Below are positions 8,850-16,402 of a stretch of 32,000 nucleotides of DNA, in pieces (within the stretch, counting starts at the first letter, position 1; each line of letters opens with the position of its first letter). Source of the DNA: Fibrobacter succinogenes subsp. succinogenes S85 (GTDB taxonomy: Bacteria; Fibrobacterota; Fibrobacteria; Fibrobacterales; Fibrobacteraceae). The notes beneath the pieces are model-generated. The model saw only the letters and a list, made by a program, of their open reading frames with translations, did not search any database and had not been told where the DNA came from. Made by a program: the position numbers and the translations under genes. The DNA lies in NCBI RefSeq assembly GCF_000146505.1, contig NC_017448.1, forward strand, positions 2,970,001 to 3,002,000. Reading direction: 5' to 3'.

Positions 8850-9017
8850 ATGAAACGTACATTCCTTTCTCTTGATATTTTTGATACTTGCTTAATTCGC
8901 AAATGTGGAGAGCCTCGTAAGATATGGGATTTGATGGCAGATGAACTCTTTGATAAAGAAGATTATTGTGGCAGATTGTCTTTTGTAGGTAATAGAAGTG
9001 TTGTTGAAAAAAAATGA
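8850..9017 (+). CDS. 55-aa fragment carrying HAD-like motif I (LSLDIFDTCLIR); N-terminal piece of the next ORF
   Basis: My manual translation from ATG 8850 is MKRTFLSLDIFDTCLIRKCGEPRKIWDLMADELFDKEDYCGRLSFVGNRSVVEKK*. The stop TGA 9015-9017 overlaps ATG 9014 (ATGA), directly after the A8 run at 9007-9014. Confidence 0.5.
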   Translation: MKRTFLSLDIFDTCLIRKCGEPRKIWDLMADELFDKEDYCGRLSFVGNRSVVEKK

Positions 9018-10771
9018 TGGATGAAAATTTTTACCCTACATTGAATGATATTTATGATGAGTTGAATGTATCTCAATGGGGATTTGAATCTAGTCAAATT
9101 ATGCAATTAGAGATGGAATTAGAGGAAAGAGAACTTTGTCCTAATCCCCAAATGTTAGATGTTGTAAATAAATATCGATTAGAGGGTTTTTCTGTTTCTT
9201 TTATATCAGATATGTATTTGCCGTCTGTTTTTCTAAAAAAAATATTGGTGAAATATGGATTCTGCAAAGAAAATGAAAAAGTGTATGTGTCTGCAGAATG
9301 TAAGGCTTCTAAAAATGATGGTTCTTTGTTTGATTATGTATTTAAAGATACGGGAACAAAAGCAAAACAATGGATTCATTATGGTGATAATGAAAAATCG
9401 GATTATTTGGAACCGAAGTCTAAGGGCGTAAAGTCATTTTGGATAAAAAATACGTTGTTTACTGACGAGGAAAAAAGTTGGATAAGTGATGCTCGGTTTT
9501 ATACTCATAAACATGAAATTGAATTGTGGGCGGGATTGTGTCGATATGCTAGGGTTAACCTAGATGATTCTGAATGTACTGAACGTGCTGTAGATTTGAT
9601 ATCTAGTTTGTACATCCCTTATGTCCGATATATAATGGATGAGTCAAAGGAACGAAATATAAATGTTCTTTATTTTCTAGCTAGAGACGCTCATATTTTT
9701 TTGCAAATCGCTGAACAGTTCAAAAATCGTTATCCCAATATTGAATTAAAATATTTAAAATTGTCTAGACGCTCTTTATACCCATGCGTTTTTTATGAAG
9801 TAAATGATTACGAGATGGAATTGACCATATGCCAATGTATTGCGCAAACGGCAAAAAAGAGTGTGGAGTATATCGGGTTGGAATGGGAATCTCTTTCCCC
9901 AAAAACACGAAACCAATTTAAAGCTGATTATCGTTTTACGTCGGCCAGGAAGGCAAAAGCTTTTGCAAAGTGCCTAATTGAGAATGACCGCAAAATGATT
10001 CTAGAAAAGTCATCTAATTATCGTGGAATGCTTTTGGGATATTTAAGACAAGAAGGAGTCTTAGGCTTCAGAAAAATAGCATCTGTTGATTTGGGGTGGA
10101 TTGGCAGTTGCCGGTGCATATTGAACTATATTCTAAGGAAAGAAAAATATCGAACTTGCGATGCGTTTTATTGGGGAGCGAGTAATATATTGATGAAGGG
10201 AACGATTGAAGATCGATTGTATGTATTTCAACGACAATACGATATTAGTTATTATTCAAATGGAAGTGTCCTTTTTTTTGAACATTATGCATCGATAAAT
10301 GATGAAGAGTCTACTGTGGGATATAAAAAAAAGAAGAATGATTTTTTCCCTATTAAGAAGAAAACTAATGATGTTAATAAAGAAATGGTTGTTCAAAATG
10401 AAAGAGTTTTGACTTGGTTTGCAAAAAAATATATGTCAACCGCATTTGATCGCGAGGCAATGCGAGATATCTTTTTGTGTTGTGGTATGCGGCAACTTCA
10501 AAATTTACAGGATAATCCTAAATCGCGGGATTTAAAATTTTTTTCTTTTATTACGACAGAAAATTTTGGATGTGTTATTAAACTTGTTCAGCCGCTCTTG
10601 CTAAAAAATATTTTTGCTTTGTTGGTGTGGGGGATACCGGCAGAACCTCAGTGGTTGCCTGCTGCGGTAAAAAAATCTTTCGGTCCCTTTGCTGAATTAT
10701 TTGTAAAAACGTACAATTATACATCGCGAACAAAATTGGCTCATTTGCTTCGTTGGTGGTGGAATAGATAG
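9014..10771 (+). CDS. HAD-superfamily-like protein (remaining HAD motifs) with a large uncharacterised C-terminal domain
   Basis: FSVSFISDMYLP (motif II-like S), ...ECKASKNDGSLF (K) and IHYGDNEKSDY (GDxxxD motif IV-like) lie within the first about 130 aa. The rest is not recognised. Adding one A to the A8 run fuses it in frame to 8850, giving about 640 aa. Confidence 0.65.
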   Translation: MMDENFYPTLNDIYDELNVSQWGFESSQIMQLEMELEERELCPNPQMLDVVNKYRLEGFSVSFISDMYLPSVFLKKILVKYGFCKENEKVYVSAECKASKNDGSLFDYVFKDTGTKAKQWIHYGDNEKSDYLEPKSKGVKSFWIKNTLFTDEEKSWISDARFYTHKHEIELWAGLCRYARVNLDDSECTERAVDLISSLYIPYVRYIMDESKERNINVLYFLARDAHIFLQIAEQFKNRYPNIELKYLKLSRRSLYPCVFYEVNDYEMELTICQCIAQTAKKSVEYIGLEWESLSPKTRNQFKADYRFTSARKAKAFAKCLIENDRKMILEKSSNYRGMLLGYLRQEGVLGFRKIASVDLGWIGSCRCILNYILRKEKYRTCDAFYWGASNILMKGTIEDRLYVFQRQYDISYYSNGSVLFFEHYASINDEESTVGYKKKKNDFFPIKKKTNDVNKEMVVQNERVLTWFAKKYMSTAFDREAMRDIFLCCGMRQLQNLQDNPKSRDLKFFSFITTENFGCVIKLVQPLLLKNIFALLVWGIPAEPQWLPAAVKKSFGPFAELFVKTYNYTSRTKLAHLLRWWWNR

Positions 10772-10773
10772 TT

Positions 10774-11844
10774 TTATTTTCGAAAAAGTAATTTTTTTCG
10801 AAGTTGTGTGTCGGGTAATTTTAAAGCCTTCCAAATAAAAGCAATTAGACTGCCTTTTTCTCCGAGAATAACATTTCTCGCTATTTTTTCTGTGCTAAAT
10901 TTACATAGAATGCTGTAAAACTTAATGCATATGTTTAAATGGTTGACAAAAAATTTTACGCTTTTTGTTTTAATATGTTTTTTGAAAACTAAAATATCTT
11001 GTTTATGAATGCCTTTATTTACTTTATTTTTTGATTCAATGATATAGAGGTATATTGCGTTTCTTGTATATTGATCAATAAATAAATTTGCAATGTCGAT
11101 TCTCGCTTGGTCTAAAAAAAATGAAATCCGTTCTCTTAAATATTCGAATTGGATGTAGTTATCTCGAATTGGATTTTTTGCGAGATTGTTGACGATGCTC
11201 CCCTCTCTTGTTCGGTAATAATATGTTATTTCGTTTGTGAGAATAACTTTTGATGCTGAAAAAAAATATTTGTAAGTTGTATAATGGTCTTCGCAAATAG
11301 CGCCCTTAGGGAATAACCATTTTTTTGCAATGTCTTTTTTTATTAATTTATTCCATGCGACGACAACTTGTGTGAATAGAGGATGGCCAGGTTGATGGCA
11401 TTTTAATAAATTGAATAAAGACATCTCTATGATTTGTTTAGATGTCGTTTGATTTTGGTAATTTCCGGATTCTGTTGCTGTTATGTAATCTCCAATAACG
11501 ATATCTGGTTTTTGGGTCTGTACAATTTTGTAAAAAGACTCAATGGAATTGGTGGCAATCCAATCATCGCTATCCACAAAAGAAACGTATTCGCCTTTGC
11601 ATATATCCAACCCGGCGTTTCTTGCATCCGATAACCCGCCATTTTCCTTGTGAATTACCACAATGCGCTTATCTTTAGCTGCGTATTCATCGCAAATTTG
11701 CGGACAACCGTCAGGCGAACCATCATCAACCAGGATGATTTCTAAATTGGTATAGGTCTGGTTAACGATGCTGTCTAAGCAACGTCGAAGGTATGGTTCA
11801 ACGTTGTATATGGGGACTATGATGGAAACTAGAGGCTGGAACAT
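10774..11844 (-). CDS. GT2-family glycosyltransferase
   Basis: VSIIVPIYNVEPYLRRCLDSIVNQTYTNLEIILVDDGSPDG...GGLSDARNAGL...FVDSDDW is the textbook GT2 signature. Confidence 0.9.
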   Translation of the reverse strand: MFQPLVSIIVPIYNVEPYLRRCLDSIVNQTYTNLEIILVDDGSPDGCPQICDEYAAKDKRIVVIHKENGGLSDARNAGLDICKGEYVSFVDSDDWIATNSIESFYKIVQTQKPDIVIGDYITATESGNYQNQTTSKQIIEMSLFNLLKCHQPGHPLFTQVVVAWNKLIKKDIAKKWLFPKGAICEDHYTTYKYFFSASKVILTNEITYYYRTREGSIVNNLAKNPIRDNYIQFEYLRERISFFLDQARIDIANLFIDQYTRNAIYLYIIESKNKVNKGIHKQDILVFKKHIKTKSVKFFVNHLNICIKFYSILCKFSTEKIARNVILGEKGSLIAFIWKALKLPDTQLRKKLLFRK

Positions 11845-11846
11845 TG

Positions 11847-12764
11847 CTAATCCTGTTGGCTTAAATATAACTCAAGTTTCTCTTGTTGCTGCTTAAATTT
11901 TTGCTTGTTTGATTTTCGTAGACGTTCTAAATTCTGGACTTTCCATTGAATTGCGGGTAATGCTTGTACGTTGGGAATTGGAAAATTGGAGAAATCTTCA
12001 TTTAGCGCGAGAAAATCTAGAAATAGCTTTTTATATGGAACGAGATGTTCTTTGAGGTCTTTTTTCAATCGCAACAAAAAGTCCTGTAATTCAGAATAGT
12101 TGACCTGCTCGTCTGTCATGCCTGTGAATTCATTTTCAAATATGTCCTGATGGTCCTGAATTTCGCAATCTAGAAGCTCATGAATGGGTCGATTATGACC
12201 GAGTAGGTAAATGATGAAAATTTGAATTAATTTGTCGTTGATTCCGTGCTGAGCTTCATAGAATTTTTTTATATCAAATAGGTCTCGCGGGTGTTGTCTA
12301 TCCAATGCTGCGCAGAATTTTCCTGCATAAAGTTCCTCGAATGTTAGAATTCTCATTTTAGCGAATCCAAAGGAGTTTTGTACTTTCTGCGATACGGCTA
12401 ATTCTGTTGGTGTGCAAAGTGTTCCACGAATTGTGTAGTTTGGTTCGATTTTTATAGTAGCTTCGTTGTTGGAACAGATAATCTTCTTTTCGTTTGCCTG
12501 ACCTGTAATCGATGCTTGTAAGCCTTTTTTCTGAAGATTGCCTTGAATGCGTAGAAGGGCATTGTTTATGTTTTCAATTGCTGTTGTTCTTTTGTCGAGT
12601 GGTAAATACACCAAATCAAGATCAACGGAAAGTCTAGGCAAGTCCTGGTAAAACAGATTTATGGCGGAACCACCTTTTAGCGCAAAACAGGTCTCGTTTG
12701 CTACAATTGGAAGTGCGTTAACCAATAATGAAACTTGTTTTGTGTATTTTTCAGCGAAACTCAT
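11847..12764 (-). CDS. abiEii: AbiEii/AbiGii-family nucleotidyltransferase toxin (DUF1814)
   Basis: FALKGGSAINLFYQDLPRLSVDLDLVYLP is the GS-x(n)-DxD NTase motif of AbiEii. The gene lies immediately downstream (1-nt gap) of an AbiEi-like gene. Confidence 0.85.
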   Translation of the reverse strand: MSFAEKYTKQVSLLVNALPIVANETCFALKGGSAINLFYQDLPRLSVDLDLVYLPLDKRTTAIENINNALLRIQGNLQKKGLQASITGQANEKKIICSNNEATIKIEPNYTIRGTLCTPTELAVSQKVQNSFGFAKMRILTFEELYAGKFCAALDRQHPRDLFDIKKFYEAQHGINDKLIQIFIIYLLGHNRPIHELLDCEIQDHQDIFENEFTGMTDEQVNYSELQDFLLRLKKDLKEHLVPYKKLFLDFLALNEDFSNFPIPNVQALPAIQWKVQNLERLRKSNKQKFKQQQEKLELYLSQQD

Positions 12765-12765
12765 A

Positions 12766-13530
12766 TTAACCTAATTTAGGAATAACCAAATTGTATTTAG
12801 GGTAAAGTACACCTTCTTTGCCTATTTTGCGGATTCCGGAGCCGAGATCTATGTTGCTTTTGTCTAGAACGTTAGACCATTGCAAACCTGCGGTTTCTGC
12901 AAAACAGAGTAGAAGTCGTTTGACCTTTATAGAACTACATTTTTCCAGAAGTTCTTGCAATAGGGCTGTCTTTACGGAAATTATGGTTTCCGTTATGGCG
13001 AATGCTTCGGAAACAGTTATTTTTTTAGGGACGAGGTATAGAAGTTCTAACAGCGCTCGTTCCATTGACGGCACTTGTAATTTGAAATTTTCTCCTTTTT
13101 TCGTTTCCAAACCGATATCGGCAGGAAGGAAATCGGAATAGTTGATATCGGTGTTGTCCCCATAAACTTTCGTAAACCATGTAGGAACTTTCTTGCCGAG
13201 CGGGGTGAACAATTGAGTCCTATTTTCTGACTTTACATAATGCAGTTTGCCGTAATACAGGCTCAGTGCAGATGCTGCTCCTATATGGATGGTTGGTATT
13301 AGCTCTGCTTGAAGAGCGAATAGTGCTCCCATTATATCGGCGACTTCGTTTAGGCGGGTGTATGCCCCTGGCGCAATTCGGTTAAGCCAGCCTGATTTGA
13401 CGTATTCTGCGGCAAGCATGCGGCTAATCCCCATGGTAGCAAGCTGTCGTGAGGTTACTACCGTGTTTGCCGGTATCTGCTTCAATAGTTGTTTTATTTT
13501 TTTACTGTTTTGTATGTTCACAATATACAA
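12766..13530 (-). CDS. abiEi: AbiEi-family antitoxin / transcriptional regulator (type IV TA)
   Basis: The N-terminal wHTH VVTSRQLATMGISRMLAAEYVKSGWLNRIAPGAYTR is typical of AbiEi, and the protein is paired with AbiEii. The start is non-ATG (TTG 13530 or GTG 13521). Confidence 0.8.
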   Translation of the reverse strand: MYIVNIQNSKKIKQLLKQIPANTVVTSRQLATMGISRMLAAEYVKSGWLNRIAPGAYTRLNEVADIMGALFALQAELIPTIHIGAASALSLYYGKLHYVKSENRTQLFTPLGKKVPTWFTKVYGDNTDINYSDFLPADIGLETKKGENFKLQVPSMERALLELLYLVPKKITVSEAFAITETIISVKTALLQELLEKCSSIKVKRLLLCFAETAGLQWSNVLDKSNIDLGSGIRKIGKEGVLYPKYNLVIPKLG

Positions 13531-13565
13531 AATACATTATTTTTAAAGCAAAGGTCCAAATTTTT

Positions 13566-14525
13566 TTAGATAATGTTTACATTTTCTAAATCTGTTAGCC
13601 ATGTATCGTAAAAGCTAAAGTTCTTGCCGTAGGAATTGTCCATAAGATATACTTTTTTACCCATCATGGCCGATGCTATAGCTATATGTAGGCGGGTGGA
13701 GTAAATGGTGTCGTATTGGTTGATAAATTTAATGCAGTCTTTAATGTATTGTGGTCGATAAAAATGGGCTCGAATCAGGTCGATAAGACGATTGACGGAC
13801 TTGATGCCTTTTATGTTTGCAAAAAAGTTTAGCCATCCGACAATGTAGTCGGCGTGGGCATATTTGGGGGCTTTGTGCTCGATTGTCGGCCAATCGTGAA
13901 CTTCGGCGTTTTGTGGAATAAAACTTGGCCAAATGTCGTTCTTAAGTTCTTTATCGACTCTTTTGGCGTATAAAGATCGTTCTGTCTTGGCAGTGTTGAT
14001 TTTCCCAAATTTATCAAAGTCAATGAAAAACGCCATGTCGGGGACGAGAAGCACTTTGTTCTTGGGAAAATGTTCTTGCATAAATTTGAACGAAACCTTG
14101 TCGCGGGCGCACATTGTCACATTTGTGTGGTTTGCGAAAAAGAATTCGTCGGCCTTAATGTTTTCTTGGTGCTCGTACCAGACTGTTTGCGGGAAAATGA
14201 TGACTTTGTTGCTAGGGTATAGCTCAATGATTTTTTTGCGGAATGAGTGGGGGCCATTCCAGAGATCTCCGAAGTTTCCTCCGCCTTGCAAGAGAAATAA
14301 TGTGTGCTGTGGAATCTTATGGTTGTAAAAGGTAGTGCTGCCTGCACTATACAAACATTTGTATTTTAACTGTTTTAGGAATATTCTCGTTCCTTCCCAA
14401 ATGAGAGTATCGCCAATGTTTTCGTAATAAGGCAATTCAAGGTATGCGTAATCGGAATCAATCAACGTCAGTAGTTGATTGTTTATGATGCTTCGAAGTA
14501 GTTGGATTTTATCGGAATGTGTCAT
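13566..14525 (-). CDS. Polysaccharide pyruvyl transferase family protein
   Basis: NIGDTLIWEG...LLQGGGNFGDLW...IFPQT...ARD..S...STRLHIAIASAMMGKKV matches the PS_pyruv_trans (CsaB/WcaK-like) pattern. Confidence 0.8.
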   Translation of the reverse strand: MTHSDKIQLLRSIINNQLLTLIDSDYAYLELPYYENIGDTLIWEGTRIFLKQLKYKCLYSAGSTTFYNHKIPQHTLFLLQGGGNFGDLWNGPHSFRKKIIELYPSNKVIIFPQTVWYEHQENIKADEFFFANHTNVTMCARDKVSFKFMQEHFPKNKVLLVPDMAFFIDFDKFGKINTAKTERSLYAKRVDKELKNDIWPSFIPQNAEVHDWPTIEHKAPKYAHADYIVGWLNFFANIKGIKSVNRLIDLIRAHFYRPQYIKDCIKFINQYDTIYSTRLHIAIASAMMGKKVYLMDNSYGKNFSFYDTWLTDLENVNII

Positions 14526-15631
14526 TTGTGCCGAATTTTATTAAGTGTTGAGAATCCTTTTTGCAGAGCTTTGTTTGCTGATTCACGGATGCTCATTTCT
14601 GCATTGACTAATATTTTTTTCAATGCGCTATATTCTTCATTGTTCTCGTAAAGCTTTTGGGAGAGGAATTCCTTCATTTGTGGTTGAAGCCACTCTGTTC
14701 CATTATTGCATACTCGATTGCGTAAATCAGCGTATGTTGGAGCTTTTAAATCAGGTATGGTTCCGAGAGCAATCCAAGCATGGCCATTGAAACAATGGGG
14801 CTGTTGGCAATGACAACCTAAAGGTTTAAATTTTATAGGTTTTTCTACATCTTCCATGATGTTTTGGGAATATAGTCCATTGTAGCATTGGCCTAATATC
14901 CCGTTACCCATATCAAGACTTAACGTCCAATCACCGGCATGACAAAATTCCTTGCGTGGTTCGCCGAAAATGGAAAATTTGTAATCGAAAAGACTAGAGT
15001 TAAAAACACGCCATGTTTTTTTGTATTCTTCTCGGTTCATTTGTGTTAGAATATTCAATTTAGACATGTCGTGTTCATCACGTGCAACGGTGACGTGGCA
15101 TACAGCTCCGACTTCCTTGATTGCCAAATCCTGCATTTCTTGGATGTAGGGAATGAGCTCATCGGAAGGTGTTGCTTCTAACGTGAATGAGGCTCCTGCA
15201 TCGCGAACTTTGCGAATGTTATTGAAAAATTTATCAAACCAATTGCGTTCTTTTAATTGCAAGTAATGGTATGAAAATTTGAAAAAAAGTCTATTTAGCA
15301 GTTCTTTCGGAAATTTGGAAAATTCATCAAAAGCTTTGTCTATGGTTGCGTTGGTTACAACCATCACATAATGTCCTTCTTCAAGGACTGCTTTGATATA
15401 GCTAGGCATTTCTGGCGGTAATAATGTTTCTCCTCCTCCACAAAAATTTAGAAGGCATGTGCCACCAAGTCGTTCTTTAGAAAGGGCTTTACGAAATGTT
15501 TCTACGTCGTACTTGAATTTAGGAAGCTTGTTTGCGAATAATCTATGATGCGTGATGTAGCAATAGTGACACCTTAACGTGCAGGCTTCAACTGGAACAT
15601 AAATGTCGATAAACCTTTTCAATTTGTCCAT
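14522..15631 (-). CDS. Radical SAM enzyme with C-terminal Cys-rich (SPASM/twitch-like) region
   Basis: CTLRCHYC is the CxxxCxxC motif at residues 17-24, with GGGETLL downstream. The C-terminal CHAGDW-x-GNGILGQC has C-x13-G-x4-C spacing and is followed by GCHCQQPHC. The gene has a 4-nt ATGA overlap with the pyruvyl transferase gene. Confidence 0.85.
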   Translation of the reverse strand: MDKLKRFIDIYVPVEACTLRCHYCYITHHRLFANKLPKFKYDVETFRKALSKERLGGTCLLNFCGGGETLLPPEMPSYIKAVLEEGHYVMVVTNATIDKAFDEFSKFPKELLNRLFFKFSYHYLQLKERNWFDKFFNNIRKVRDAGASFTLEATPSDELIPYIQEMQDLAIKEVGAVCHVTVARDEHDMSKLNILTQMNREEYKKTWRVFNSSLFDYKFSIFGEPRKEFCHAGDWTLSLDMGNGILGQCYNGLYSQNIMEDVEKPIKFKPLGCHCQQPHCFNGHAWIALGTIPDLKAPTYADLRNRVCNNGTEWLQPQMKEFLSQKLYENNEEYSALKKILVNAEMSIRESANKALQKGFSTLNKIRHK

Positions 15632-15634
15632 TTG

Positions 15635-16402
15635 TCACTCCATAATAAAAGTGCATCCGTAAAATGCAAGGTAGTAAACAAGTATGCGGAACATTGCTGC
15701 GTTCCAAAAATTAAGAGCCCATTCGTGCGTAAATATGACTAAAACATTGTCTTGTATATGGGACCATACTTTTAATAACGGGAAAAGATGGTGTTCTGTT
15801 CTAAAATCAGTTTTTTCAAAGGTCATAGATGCGTACGATATCGCTTGCTTTTGTAGTAAGGAATCGTTTACTGATGGCGGTAGGGAGTAGCTGATTCGGT
15901 TGTCATCTGCGGAAAGTAATTTGGTTACCCCTTTACTTTTTAGAAAACTGATATCATCAAAAGAACTGTGAAAATAATGCAGTCTTAATGTTTTTGCTAT
16001 TAGGGATGGTGGGATATTGTTTTCAAAATAGAGATAACCGTTTTGAAAGTTTGAAGAATTGTCGTTTTTAGATTCAGGATTGTCGCTGTGATAGCCGATT
16101 TTGATCCAATTTGATTGGTTTAGCTCTTTTATGTACTTTGTTGGAATTTCTGATATGGCCCAATTTTCTGCGTTTGGAAATGTATATAGTGTGAATTTTG
16201 CTTCGGTAATGTCGTGGATTGATTTAAGATAGTGAAATGTCGGTTGGTCGTATATGGAACCGTATTTTTCGTTTTTCAAGTCAATAAATGATGTATAGAA
16301 ATCATCAATGGATAGATGTACCTCTTTCCCGTTTAGAAATGAAAATGGGAATGCAAAAAATAAAAAGAATAGAATTATTGGTATGATATATCTTTTTTTC
16401 AT
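15635..16402 (-). CDS. Signal-anchored hypothetical protein, possibly NodB/CE4-like polysaccharide deacetylase fold
   Basis: There is an N-terminal hydrophobic anchor (IIPIILFFLFFAFPF). Motifs in order are HLSIDD, GYHSDNPE, LRLHYF, SADDN and IFTHEW, loosely paralleling NodB motifs 1-5. ATGA overlap with the flippase gene. The functional call is weak. Confidence 0.45.
   Translation of the reverse strand: MKKRYIIPIILFFLFFAFPFSFLNGKEVHLSIDDFYTSFIDLKNEKYGSIYDQPTFHYLKSIHDITEAKFTLYTFPNAENWAISEIPTKYIKELNQSNWIKIGYHSDNPESKNDNSSNFQNGYLYFENNIPPSLIAKTLRLHYFHSSFDDISFLKSKGVTKLLSADDNRISYSLPPSVNDSLLQKQAISYASMTFEKTDFRTEHHLFPLLKVWSHIQDNVLVIFTHEWALNFWNAAMFRILVYYLAFYGCTFIME

Noticed and set aside
4247-15631. 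Functional link between the radical SAM/SPASM-like enzyme and the sulfatase-superfamily protein (anaerobic sulfatase maturase plus sulfatase)
   Set aside because: The sulfatase-like protein lacks the (C/S)-x-P-x-R formylglycine motif and looks LtaS-like, with a Thr nucleophile context. The genes are 9 kb apart in different operons.
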